From Candidatus Nealsonbacteria bacterium (GTDB lineage Bacteria; Patescibacteriota; Minisyncoccia; Minisyncoccales; JANBVM01), in assembly GCA_047456295.1 (NCBI GenBank), contig CP179887.1:175159-239158 (forward strand): a stretch of 64,000 nucleotides of DNA. Reading direction: 5' to 3'. This document shows positions 18,499-27,451 of this stretch, in pieces. The translations under genes were made by a program, and so were the position numbers. The notes under the pieces were generated by a model. The model was not told the origin of the DNA. It ran no database searches and was given only the letters and a program-made list of their open reading frames with translations. Position 1 is the first letter of the stretch. Every line of letters begins with the position of its first letter.

Positions 18499-20085
18499 AT
18501 GAATCCTGAACAGCTTCAGCTTTCCAAGCCAGACGGAATAAGGGTGAGGCTTGCCCCTTCTCCCACTGGTTTTTTGCATATCGGAACGGCCAGGGTAGCC
18601 CTGTTTAACTATCTGTTCGCTAAAAAAAACCAGGGTTCTTTTATTGTTAGAATTGAAGATACAGATCAAAAAAGGTCGAAGCCAGAATATGAAAAAGACA
18701 TTATTGAAAGCTTAAACTGGCTGGGAATTAAACCAGACGAGGCACCTGATAAGGAAGGGGGTCACGGACCTTACCGCCAATCTGAAAGAAAAGAGTTTTA
18801 TGCAAAGTACTTAAAAAAATTATTGGAACAAGACAAGGCTTACTATTGTTTCTGTTCAGAAGAAGAATTAGAAGCCCAGAGACAGTATCAATTATCAATA
18901 GGGGAGGCTCCCCGTTATTCAGGCAAGTGTGTTAATCTATCAAAAGAAACTGTAGAGAAATATCTGGCAGAAAAAAAACAGTATGTCATAAGGTTCAGGG
19001 TACCTGCAAAAAAAGTAGTGTTTGAAGATTTAATCAGGGGGAAGGTGGAGTTTGATGCTTCTTTAATGGGGGACATGGTTATTGCCAAAGACCCATCCAC
19101 TCCATTGTATAACTTTGCCTGTGTTGTTGATGATTTTGAGATGAAGATTTCTCACGTAATAAGAGGGGAAGACCATATTCCCAACACTCCAAAACAGATT
19201 TTACTCCAAAAAGCCCTGGGTCTCAGCCGTCCAAAATATGCTCATTTGCCCTTAATCCTTGGGCCTGACAGAAGGAAACTTTCAAAGAGACATGGAGTTG
19301 TTTCAATCTCAGATTATAGGAAACAGGGTTATCTGCCAGAAACACTTATTAATTTTATGGCTCTCTTGGGCTGGAATCCTGATACTGAAAGAGAAATCTA
19401 TTCAATGAATTCTTTGATTAAAGAGTTTTCCCTGGAAAAGGTCCAGAAATCAGGAGCTGTTTTCAACATCAAAAAACTGGATTTTTTAAACGGATTCTAT
19501 ATCCGCCAGAAATCTCTGGAAAGATTGACAACAGCCTGTCTTCCTTATTTAATTGAGGAAGGATTAATTAATCCTGTATTTGGAGAGAGACAGTATCCGC
19601 CAGCTTATGGAGGAAAAGAGATTGTTCAAGAATATACAGTGTCTGAAACAGGAAAAAAAATAGGTTTTGACCTGCTCCAAAAAATTGTTTCCATTTATCA
19701 GGAAAGATTAAAAAAGCTTTCTGAAATTCCTGAATTAACAGATTGTTTTTTCAAAGACAAGCTCCAGTATGATAAAGATTTGTTAAGATGGAATAAGATG
19801 TCAGATGAAGAACTGAAAACTTCTCTTGATAGATTAAGTAATGTATTGTCTGAAATAAAACCAGAGGATTTTAACAAAAATAATTTAGGAGAAGTTTTAT
19901 TAAGAGAAGCAGAAGATTTTGGAAAGCAAATCAAAAAGATAGGGGATAGGGGATACCTGTTATGGCCCCTGAGGGTAGCTTTAACAGGTAAGAAGGCTTC
20001 AGCTAGTCCCTTTGATATAGCTGATATCTTGGGAAAAGAAAAAACATTAAAAAGAATAAAACAAGCTAAACAATTAATATTATGA
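18499..20085 (+). CDS. gltX: glutamate--tRNA ligase
   Basis: HIGH-type (LHIGTAR) and KMSKS-type (KLSKRH) motifs, 528 aa. The ATG at 18499 follows an in-frame TTG. Confidence 0.92.
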   Translation: MNPEQLQLSKPDGIRVRLAPSPTGFLHIGTARVALFNYLFAKKNQGSFIVRIEDTDQKRSKPEYEKDIIESLNWLGIKPDEAPDKEGGHGPYRQSERKEFYAKYLKKLLEQDKAYYCFCSEEELEAQRQYQLSIGEAPRYSGKCVNLSKETVEKYLAEKKQYVIRFRVPAKKVVFEDLIRGKVEFDASLMGDMVIAKDPSTPLYNFACVVDDFEMKISHVIRGEDHIPNTPKQILLQKALGLSRPKYAHLPLILGPDRRKLSKRHGVVSISDYRKQGYLPETLINFMALLGWNPDTEREIYSMNSLIKEFSLEKVQKSGAVFNIKKLDFLNGFYIRQKSLERLTTACLPYLIEEGLINPVFGERQYPPAYGGKEIVQEYTVSETGKKIGFDLLQKIVSIYQERLKKLSEIPELTDCFFKDKLQYDKDLLRWNKMSDEELKTSLDRLSNVLSEIKPEDFNKNNLGEVLLREAEDFGKQIKKIGDRGYLLWPLRVALTGKKASASPFDIADILGKEKTLKRIKQAKQLIL

Positions 20086-20498
20086 CAAAAACAACAAAAA
20101 TTTTAACAATATTTTTAATATCTGGTTTGGTTTTTACAAATTTATCTCTTGCCCAACAAGATGGTTTTCAGGCTCCAGAAACCCTAGAGGAGATTCAAGA
20201 AATAGGGGAGCAGGCATATGAAAAAGGGAAGCAGGAACTGCCAGGTATTTTAGAAAGGATCTGGCAAGAAAGCGTTTTGCCCGTATGGAAGAAAATGTAT
20301 GACTGGTTCATGGTTAATATCTGGCCTAAAATCGAGGGTTTCTTTAAGAGAGAGGTTCGACCCCGGGTTGAACAAGAAATAGAAAAAAGGAAACCCATTA
20401 TTGAAGAAGAATTTGAAAAAGAGAAACAGGAAATGAAAGAAGAACTACCCAAGGTTACTAAAAGTCTCTGGGAAAGATTTAAAGAATTGTGGAAATAA
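20082..20498 (+). CDS. secreted E/K-rich hypothetical protein
   Basis: Signal-peptide-like N-terminus KILTIFLISGLVFTNLSLAQQ. ATGA overlap with gltX. Confidence 0.6.
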   Translation: MTKTTKILTIFLISGLVFTNLSLAQQDGFQAPETLEEIQEIGEQAYEKGKQELPGILERIWQESVLPVWKKMYDWFMVNIWPKIEGFFKREVRPRVEQEIEKRKPIIEEEFEKEKQEMKEELPKVTKSLWERFKELWK

Positions 20499-20624
20499 AG
20501 AGAATTGATAAAGAAATTGATGCAAAAAGGTTAATATATAAAGCTAACTCTTTTTTTATATAGCCTGATAAGGTATCTTATCTGATATTTAAATACATAT
20601 AAAAAAGTCGAGGATAAAAGAAAT

Positions 20625-20738
20625 CTCTAATAATCTAAAGAAGGGATCAAAAGGAGAAAAGAAATAAATAGATTAACATTGTGCGACATTTATTAGGTGA
20701 TAAAGAACCGTTAGGGTAGGGAACTAATGGTTTTTTTA
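20625..20738 (+). repeat. repeat unit U1 (box A, core ATTGTGCGACATTT at 20678-20691, conserved terminator hairpin at 20706-20738); left inverted repeat of the recombinase module
   Basis: The reverse complement of 20671-20737 matches 22779-22845 at 57 of 66 aligned positions by hand alignment. Similarity continues outward (GGAGAAAAG / GGAGAGAAAG, GATC). Confidence 0.8.
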
Positions 20739-20767
20739 TTCTTCAAGGTTTTTGTTACAATGAAAAT

Positions 20768-21616
20768 ATGAGTAAAGTTAAATTCCATCCTTATACCGAA
20801 GAATTTAAAAAAAATTTTGAAAAAGAGAGAGAAAGAATTAAAAAAGTTTTGCCTGAAGATGAAGTACACCATATTGGAAGCACGGCTATTCCCAGAGTAG
20901 GTGGGAAGGGAATTATAGATATTTTAGTTGCCCTGCAGGACTGGGAAAAAAGGGAAGGAGCAATTGAAAAATTAAAAAATTTGGGATTCACTCATATTCA
21001 CCCAGAAGAAAACGGAAGAGTCTTTCTAAGTAAAATAGGGGAGACAAAATATAGAGACACTCATATTCATCTTGTAGAAAAGGGCAATGAAGATTATATT
21101 GAAAAATTACTTTTCCGAGATTTTCTTAGAAGAAATAAAAAAGAGGCTGAAAAGTACCATAAATTAAAACACGAATGGGAGAGGGAAGCAAAAGGGGATA
21201 GGGATAGATATGGAAAATTAAAAAAATCCTATATCGAAAATATTATAAGACGAGCCAAAGAGAAGAGGGAAGTCTTTTTAAAAAAGTACTTAAGTTATTT
21301 AGGACAAAAGGTAAAAGCTATTATAGACAGGCCTTTAGGCAGTAAACATCCTGATTTTAACATTGTTTATTCTGTAAATTATGGATTTTTACCAAAAACA
21401 GAGGCTTTTGACGGAGATGAAATTGATGTTTATGTTTTAGGAGTTGAAAAACCAATAACAAGTTTTGAAGGAGAAGTAATTGCAGTTATTCATAGGTTTG
21501 ACGATAATGAAGACAAACTGGTCGTAGCTCCAGAAGGCAAAGAATTTACTGATCAGGAAATTAGAGATTTAACAGATTTTCAAGAAAAGTATTTTAACTC
21601 GGAAATAATTAAGTAG
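20768..21616 (+). CDS. GrpB-family protein fused to a short inorganic-diphosphatase-like domain
   Basis: The N-terminal half has HHIGSTAIPRVGGKGIIDILV (GrpB/UPF0157). The C-terminal ~110 aa has IDRPLGSKHP...VNYGFLPKTEAFDGDEIDVYVLG...DNEDKLVVAP (family I PPase-like core). Confidence 0.7.
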   Translation: MSKVKFHPYTEEFKKNFEKERERIKKVLPEDEVHHIGSTAIPRVGGKGIIDILVALQDWEKREGAIEKLKNLGFTHIHPEENGRVFLSKIGETKYRDTHIHLVEKGNEDYIEKLLFRDFLRRNKKEAEKYHKLKHEWEREAKGDRDRYGKLKKSYIENIIRRAKEKREVFLKKYLSYLGQKVKAIIDRPLGSKHPDFNIVYSVNYGFLPKTEAFDGDEIDVYVLGVEKPITSFEGEVIAVIHRFDDNEDKLVVAPEGKEFTDQEIRDLTDFQEKYFNSEIIK

Positions 21617-21658
21617 TTAATAGTGAGAATAATACATACATATTAGCTAGGGAAGTAC

Positions 21659-21686
21659 TTGACACCGTCCTTTGGGACGGTACAAT
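21659..21686 (+). promoter_or_regulatory. near-consensus sigma70-type promoter facing the recombinase gene
   Basis: TTGACA (21659-21664), 16-nt spacer CCGTCCTTTGGGACGG (itself a hairpin), TACAAT (21681-21686). Confidence 0.6.
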
Positions 21687-21701
21687 ATAGATAGAGAAAG
21701 A

Positions 21702-21727
21702 GTCGCACAATGTAGGTTAAGCGACAT
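21702..21727 (+). repeat. core copy S2 inside the recombinase leader (GTCGCACAATGT...GCGACAT)
   Basis: GTCGCACAATGT is identical to 12 nt of the U1 core on the opposite strand. It is followed 9 nt later by the inverted half GCGACAT. Confidence 0.65.
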
Positions 21728-21822
21728 ATAATATATATGGCAAAAGGGTTCCATTAGAACCCCTCCCCCGGATGCTCAATTTTTGCTCTCAGGGGAGAGG
21801 TAGAAAATATAAGAAATTTATT

Positions 21823-22779
21823 ATGAAAAAATCAAACACACCAATTATAAAACATATCCCCGACTTTTTAGATTATTGTGAAGTAGAAAAAGGATTATCT
21901 GATAAAACCCAGGAAAACTACCAGCGCTACCTCCAGAAGTTTGTCTCCTGGCTAAAAAGGGCAAAAAAAGAAGATTTAAAGCCCCATCAGCTCACTACAG
22001 ATGATATTTGGGGTTATCGGCTCTATTTATCAAGATTTAAGCATTATAAGGGTAAACCCCTGAAGAAGATAACCCAGAACTACTATTTAATCGCCCTGAG
22101 AGCCCTTCTAGGCTATTTTACAGCCAAAGATATAGTTTCATTGCCTGCTGATAAAATAAAGCTCCCAAAAGACGCTAAAAAGGCAAAAACAGTCAAATTC
22201 CTCAATTTAGAGCAAGTTGAGAAGCTTTTACTAGCTCCTGGCACCAAAAGCCCTATTGGTTTAAGAAATAAGGCTATTTTGGAAGCACTTTTCTCAACTG
22301 GTTTGAGAATAGCTGAATTAGTGGCTCTTAATAAAGAACAATTTGCCAACATAGAAAACAAAAAAGGATTGGAGCTCAGTGTTATTGGTAAAGGAGGTCA
22401 TCCCCGAACAGTCTATTTTTCAGAAAGAGCTTTATCTTGGCTCAAAAAATATTTGGAAACAAGAAAAGACAAAGAAAAAGCCCTATTTATCAACTATAGA
22501 TCTAAAAAGGGCGCAGACGCCCGCTTAACGTCTCGTTCTATAGAAAGAATCGTTAAAAAATATGCAATCTTAGCCGGTATTCCTATATTTACCACTCCCC
22601 ATACCCTTCGTCACAGTATGGCGACTGATCTTTTAACTCAAGGTGTTGATTTAAGAACCATCCAAGAATTTTTGGGCCACAAAAACATCGTCACAACCCA
22701 AATATATACTCACGTAACAAGCAAGCGCCTTCGAGACATTCACCGCAAATTTCACAGCGGGAAGAACCTAAAAGAATAA
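21823..22779 (+). CDS. tyrosine site-specific recombinase (XerC/XerD-like integrase family)
   Basis: N-terminal SAM-like domain (DFLDYCEVEKGLSDKTQENYQRYL). Catalytic contexts GLRIAEL (Arg), HTLRHS (His-x-x-Arg), LGH and IYTHV (Tyr). The ORF opens at 21772, but MKKSNTPII at 21823 is the more plausible start. Confidence 0.9.
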   Translation: MKKSNTPIIKHIPDFLDYCEVEKGLSDKTQENYQRYLQKFVSWLKRAKKEDLKPHQLTTDDIWGYRLYLSRFKHYKGKPLKKITQNYYLIALRALLGYFTAKDIVSLPADKIKLPKDAKKAKTVKFLNLEQVEKLLLAPGTKSPIGLRNKAILEALFSTGLRIAELVALNKEQFANIENKKGLELSVIGKGGHPRTVYFSERALSWLKKYLETRKDKEKALFINYRSKKGADARLTSRSIERIVKKYAILAGIPIFTTPHTLRHSMATDLLTQGVDLRTIQEFLGHKNIVTTQIYTHVTSKRLRDIHRKFHSGKNLKE

Positions 22780-22783
22780 AAAA

Positions 22784-22880
22784 ACCGTTAGTTGCCTACC
22801 CTGACGGTTTTTTCTCATTTACTAAATGTCGCACAATATTAATCTTCAAACTTTCTCTCCATTCCGATCTTTATTTATTC
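22784..22880 (-). repeat. repeat unit U2 (hairpin 22784-22810, core AAATGTCGCACAAT at 22824-22837, box A 22861-22880); right inverted repeat
   Basis: See U1. On the minus strand it sits between the stop of the 233-aa gene and the hairpin. Confidence 0.8.
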
Positions 22881-22892
22881 TAAAATATATCT

Positions 22893-23594
22893 TTAACCAA
22901 TAAAATTTATCAGCAACTTATCTAAACTCTCTGGTACAGCATCGCCTGAACAAACACATGGTATTTCAACCAATCCAACATTTGTTCTCTCGGTCTTAAT
23001 TTTTATTCTTTGTGAATCGTAAATTCTAGCTCTAATTAGCGGTTTGTTTCTATAAAGACCATTATGATTTGCATGCCTTGCAGTCGGACCCTGCTGTGCC
23101 AAATCGAAGTTTCCTTTGTCAACGATCTCAATCTCTGATGGAAAAAATATTCTGAAAGTAGGATTATTTGCGCTTATTACACCCTTATTATGTAACCAGA
23201 ATTCAATTTGGCATTCTTCACCTGCCCGCAAGTCAATTTGATTTTGGTTTTTTACAAAAGTTACATATAAATTAGGAGTTTGATTTTGTCTAACAACAAC
23301 GTCTTCTGAAATAATCTTTAAGCTTCTTGCGACAGAATCCAGAGTAATACTTGTTGATTTTAACTCTTCTATTTGTTTCCGTGATACTTCAATCGTCTCT
23401 CTAGTCGAAATATCCATCTTTCTGAAAGTCTGCAATGCTATAGCTAACATAGCACATACTCCCAGCAATCCAAGAAGCAAATTTACGACAGTTATATTCT
23501 TTATCTTAAAATAAAAAATAAATATAAGAATAAGAAGAATAATAACTGTAAGCCAAAGTAGATGAAGCATAATATTTTTCTTTAGTTTATCCAT
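22893..23594 (-). CDS. hypothetical 2-TM membrane protein with a soluble C-terminal domain
   Basis: 233 aa with two N-terminal hydrophobic helices. It lies 17 nt downstream of the GIY-YIG gene. Confidence 0.6.
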   Translation of the reverse strand: MDKLKKNIMLHLLWLTVIILLILIFIFYFKIKNITVVNLLLGLLGVCAMLAIALQTFRKMDISTRETIEVSRKQIEELKSTSITLDSVARSLKIISEDVVVRQNQTPNLYVTFVKNQNQIDLRAGEECQIEFWLHNKGVISANNPTFRIFFPSEIEIVDKGNFDLAQQGPTARHANHNGLYRNKPLIRARIYDSQRIKIKTERTNVGLVEIPCVCSGDAVPESLDKLLINFIG

Positions 23595-23611
23595 AGATGA
23601 TAATTAATATC

Positions 23612-23905
23612 TTAGTAGACATTATGGGGAGGATTGTATCTGGTTCTCCAAAAGCTCTCTAAAGCTTTAGCGTCGTCTTCCGTTCTAGTTTCATACCAAT
23701 CAAAAAAAATAACCCCAGGTATATCTTTGGATTTAAAATGTTCAAGAATCCTTTCCTTTAGTCGCCCGACACCGGCCTTGCCAACATATAAAATACCTCC
23801 GATCCTAGTGTTACTTCTTAGTGTGTATACACCACACGTATCAGGCACACTATCTATATTTTCTCTTTCCCATTGCAAAATGCCAGATTTCTTGATAAAT
23901 GTCAT
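23612..23905 (-). CDS. minimal GIY-YIG nuclease-domain protein
   Basis: 97 aa: GVYTL...ILYVGKAG...RLKERI...DAKALE...RYNP. Paralog of 60886..61158. Confidence 0.7.
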   Translation of the reverse strand: MTFIKKSGILQWERENIDSVPDTCGVYTLRSNTRIGGILYVGKAGVGRLKERILEHFKSKDIPGVIFFDWYETRTEDDAKALESFWRTRYNPPHNVY

Positions 23906-23996
23906 GTAATTAGTTTATAATTATTTGTTTAAATTTCTCAATTAATTCCTCAACCTTTTTATATGTTTTGTATTTAAATATCGTAGAATATACCTT

Positions 23997-24053
23997 CTGC
24001 GACATTTAAGTTCGAGCCTTGTCTTCCCGCGCATCGTGGACGATGTTCGAACC
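23997..24053 (+). repeat. repeat unit U3 (core TGCGACATTTA plus GC-rich hairpin)
   Basis: The 11-mer TGCGACATTTA is identical to U1. It is followed by the nested hairpin GTTCGAG...CATCG-TGGA-CGATG...TTCGAAC. Confidence 0.55.
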
Positions 24054-24067
24054 TATTTAGTTAAGGG

Positions 24068-24541
24068 TTAAGTTTTCTTTTTTATTTCTTCAGCTAACTT
24101 TTTGAGCTCGGCAATATCAATTTTTGGTCCTAATTGAGTAGAAATATATCCCTGGTATTTATTAAAAAATACTTTCTCCTTCCCCCACATCTCTCTAAAT
24201 TTCTCAGTTATACCGTGTAAAGGATAAAGTTTAATATGAGCATGGTTTATTCCCATTCCTTCCATAACCATTGCAACTCTTTTTACATCCAAACCTTTTT
24301 CTAAGATTTTTACAACTTTTTTAGTGGTTTTCATGAATCTTTGGTAGACATCTTCTTCCATATCAAAAACATAAGAATCATAATGTTTCTTTGTTAAAAG
24401 TAAAGTCATTCCTTTTGTATTAGGATTAACATCTAAGATTGCAAGAAATTCTTTGTCTTCCCAAATTTTAGCTGAATCAATTTCTCCTTTTATAATTTTA
24501 CAAAATATACACTGTTCCATTTCTATTTCAGTTTCTTTCAC
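24068..24541 (-). CDS. HIT-family nucleotide hydrolase/transferase
   Basis: CIFCKIIKGEI...LDVNP...GINHAHIKLYP (histidine-triad variant). Confidence 0.8.
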   Translation of the reverse strand: MKETEIEMEQCIFCKIIKGEIDSAKIWEDKEFLAILDVNPNTKGMTLLLTKKHYDSYVFDMEEDVYQRFMKTTKKVVKILEKGLDVKRVAMVMEGMGINHAHIKLYPLHGITEKFREMWGKEKVFFNKYQGYISTQLGPKIDIAELKKLAEEIKKKT

Positions 24542-24544
24542 AGT

Positions 24545-25048
24545 TTATTTTGAGATTTTAATTAATTGTGAAAATTTCTTTTTTCGAATCTTCTTATCCA
24601 TTTTTAACACATACTCCCAGGCTTCTTTCCACTTATAAATAGGAGCCTTGGGGTGATTCATCTCTCTATTTACCATTTCTTCTGTAAATTCATTACCATA
24701 TAACTGTTCCCAAACATCATATAAAATCAAATTAATTTGTTTGTGTTGCTCAAAAGAATCATTATGGTGTATATTGTTTCCATAAAGTAATCGATGACAC
24801 AATTCGTGCACTAAAAGTCCTTTTCTATATTTCTCAGGAAAATAAGCATTTAATGAAAGAGGGTGTGAACGACTTATTCTTTCGTAGATAATGGCATTTA
24901 TGCTTTTCTCATTAAACTCTAAACCACTAATTTCTTGCATAACATTCGTTATTCTTTTTCCCTCTCTATCCCATAATGCCTGCCATTTTTCTGTTTCTAA
25001 AATTAATTCTTTTTTATCCCAGCCAGGGCGAAATTTTATTTTTAACAT
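24545..25048 (-). CDS. hypothetical protein with an HExxH motif (possible zinc metallohydrolase)
   Basis: 167 aa with LLVHELCHRLLYG. It lies 3 nt upstream of the HIT gene. Confidence 0.5.
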   Translation of the reverse strand: MLKIKFRPGWDKKELILETEKWQALWDREGKRITNVMQEISGLEFNEKSINAIIYERISRSHPLSLNAYFPEKYRKGLLVHELCHRLLYGNNIHHNDSFEQHKQINLILYDVWEQLYGNEFTEEMVNREMNHPKAPIYKWKEAWEYVLKMDKKIRKKKFSQLIKISK

Positions 25049-25405
25049 ATTACTTCATTATACTAAAAAAGAGTTGGGAGCTCAAAGCAACTGTTTTTAT
25101 TTAAATAAATTCTATGAAATCACACAAAATACCTTGTGAGACTAAAATGGTGAGATTCTCTAAGAAGAATAAATCCGCCTAACAGTAAGCTTGGTTTTTT
25201 ACTGCAAATCATCCCCCACCCGAGATGTCTTGGGATATAAATTGGGTGTCTTTATTTTATATCTCTACTAGTTGAACTGTACTAAAGTCTGATTAGTTAA
25301 GACTCTGGAATAAAAAATGGACGTTTAATTTACTAAAACGTCCTCTATAGAATTTCTTTAATTCTTAAAGAAATATTTTCTTCTATTTTTTTTAAAAAGT
25401 TTTCA

Positions 25406-25678
25406 TTACACATTAAACGCTTTTCTAAAATCCGTATATATTTCTGTGTAACCACATTTCTTACAAGCTATAATGCTTACTGGGTATTTAGGCACTATAC
25501 ATACTGGATTGTTTGGTTCTTCTGGATATTTTTTCACCCAGCTTCTGAAATCTCCCATGCCATAAAATAAACCCTTCATCGTTTCTCCATCACAACGAAA
25601 ACATTTCTTTGGAGGAGGAAACGTTTCAAACTCTAAATCTTTCTTTGCAATCTGTTTTCTTTCTTCCAAATTATTCAC
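25406..25678 (-). CDS. hypothetical zinc-ribbon protein
   Basis: 90 aa with CFRCDGE...CKKCGYTE. Hairpin plus T-run terminator at about 25316-25350 on the minus strand. Confidence 0.5.
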   Translation of the reverse strand: MNNLEERKQIAKKDLEFETFPPPKKCFRCDGETMKGLFYGMGDFRSWVKKYPEEPNNPVCIVPKYPVSIIACKKCGYTEIYTDFRKAFNV

Positions 25679-26097
25679 CTCAAATTTATACTGCTTAGAG
25701 TATAAACCCGAGTTTAAAAATTGTCAATTTATTGTACTGGTTCACATGCATCTGAACCTAAGCAGTCAAAAAGTAAAATGACTATCCCCTGAAATGAAAA
25801 GGAAGGTTTTTTCAGGAACAAAGAGTCCCATTTCGGTGACTAGTGATAACTATAACCAAAAAAAACAAAAAGTAATTAAAGTCTAAATAATAATTATTAC
25901 CTCTTACATTTTTGTAGAGATTAAGTTCAATTTAATAGTATGATATTCTTTGCAATCCTAACCGTACCTTCATTTCAATATAAAATAGATATCATTGTTG
26001 TGGTACAAAATTTAATAATAGGTTGAATAAAGGCAATATTGACAAAATTTAAAATACTATTAGGGTTACTAATAGAACTATTAAAATAAAATATGAG

Positions 26098-27189
26098 GTG
26101 GTTAAAATTCAGAACAATCAGAAGAAAGAGAAACCTTCCTATAGAAAACATAGTGAACATTTCATACTACAATGGCACATTACGGCAAAATGCCCAAACC
26201 AATGTTTACACTGTTATCTGCGTGATCCTGAGACATATAATTCAGAAATTAATAAGGAATTAAAGTTTAATGACTGTATAAAAATAATCGATGATTTTTC
26301 GGAAACGGTAAAAAGGTGGGATATAATTGGAAGAATTAACTTCACTGGAGGAGATCCTCTTCTAAGACCAGATGTATTTGATCTTATAAGTTATGCAAGG
26401 AGAAAAGATCTAACAGTAGGAATTCTAGGAAATCCAGAGTGCATAGATTTCGAGACTGCAAAAAAACTAAAGGATTTAGGAGTTTTACGTTACCAAGTGA
26501 GTATCTGTGGAATGAAAGAAACCCATGATAGAATAGTTTCTCCAGGAAGTTTTGAACGAACCTTAAGCGCAATAGACATTCTTAACGAGGTAGGACTTCC
26601 ACCTGTGGTTATGTTTACGGTAAGTAAACAAAATGCGGATGAATTACTGGAAGTGATAGATTTAGTTGTTCAGAAAAAAGTATTTTTATTTGGATTTACT
26701 AGACTAGTACCTATTGGCTCAGGGAAACAGCTTCTGGATGATTTGTTAACTCCAGATGAACACAGAAAACTTTTACTAAAAGTTTTTAAGAAGTATAAGC
26801 AATTAGAAGAAGATAATTGTATGACTTCTTTCGGTAAGAGGGATTCTTTGTGGGCATTAATTTATCGTGAGAAAGGATTTTTTAAAACTGTCGAAAACGA
26901 CAATAAAACAATATATGGAGGTTGTGCTGTCGGAATCTCTAGTCTCGCCGTATTAGCAGATGGAACTGTTTATCCCTGCAGACGTTTACCAATCAAAATA
27001 GGAGAGATACCCAAAGAAAAAATAAGAGACATTTTTGTAAAATCTGTTAAGCTAAACGAGTTGAGGAACGTCAATAATATGGAAAAATGTAGCAAATGTG
27101 AATTATTACAATATTGTAGAGGGTGTCCAGCAATCGCTTATGCAGTTCACGGTAACTTTTTCTCTCCAGACCCACAATGCTGGAAGTAA
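26098..27189 (+). CDS. radical SAM / SPASM-domain peptide-modifying enzyme
   Basis: CPNQCLHCY (CX3CX2C) near the N-terminus. C-terminal auxiliary-cluster cysteines GGCAVG...YPCRR...CSKCELLQYCRGCPA...PQCW. Confidence 0.85.
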   Translation: MVKIQNNQKKEKPSYRKHSEHFILQWHITAKCPNQCLHCYLRDPETYNSEINKELKFNDCIKIIDDFSETVKRWDIIGRINFTGGDPLLRPDVFDLISYARRKDLTVGILGNPECIDFETAKKLKDLGVLRYQVSICGMKETHDRIVSPGSFERTLSAIDILNEVGLPPVVMFTVSKQNADELLEVIDLVVQKKVFLFGFTRLVPIGSGKQLLDDLLTPDEHRKLLLKVFKKYKQLEEDNCMTSFGKRDSLWALIYREKGFFKTVENDNKTIYGGCAVGISSLAVLADGTVYPCRRLPIKIGEIPKEKIRDIFVKSVKLNELRNVNNMEKCSKCELLQYCRGCPAIAYAVHGNFFSPDPQCWK

Positions 27190-27220
27190 ACTGGACTTAA
27201 TCCTAATTAATCACAAGTAC

Positions 27221-27248
27221 TTGACAAAAACCTTTGGTAAGATAAAAT
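27221..27248 (+). promoter_or_regulatory. candidate promoter of the small Cys-rich peptide gene
   Basis: TTGACA (27221-27226), 16 nt, TAAAAT (27243-27248). Hairpin AAATAGCT...AGCTATTT follows at about 27252-27280. Confidence 0.4.
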
Positions 27249-27321
27249 AAAAATAGCTGATAACAATATTTAGCTATTTAAAATTATAATAATTAATAAT
27301 TACGAAAGGAGGTTATCAAGA

Positions 27322-27438
27322 ATGAGCGATAGAGATTTTTTTGCTGAAAGATATTATTTTTGGAAAAAGACAAAAGATAGGCATGTTGAGATTGCATGTA
27401 GCGATATTTACTGTGATAATTGTACAGGTTGTGATTAA
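27322..27438 (+). CDS. 38-aa Cys-rich peptide, candidate RiPP precursor (not in ORF track)
   Basis: AAAGGAGG lies 9 nt upstream of the ATG. Translation: MSDRDFFAERYYFWKKTKDRHVEIACSDIYCDNCTGCD. It starts 132 nt after the rSAM/SPASM stop and has its own terminator. Confidence 0.6.
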   Translation: MSDRDFFAERYYFWKKTKDRHVEIACSDIYCDNCTGCD

Positions 27439-27451
27439 AAAAAATCAAAGT

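Noticed and set aside
24011-24053. GTTCGA-containing GC-rich segment that looked like a tRNA T-arm or tRNA fragment (a possible integration-target remnant)
   Set aside because: No cloverleaf can be drawn. There is no acceptor stem, D-arm or anticodon arm, and the GTTCGAG/TTCGAAC segments simply pair with each other as one hairpin.
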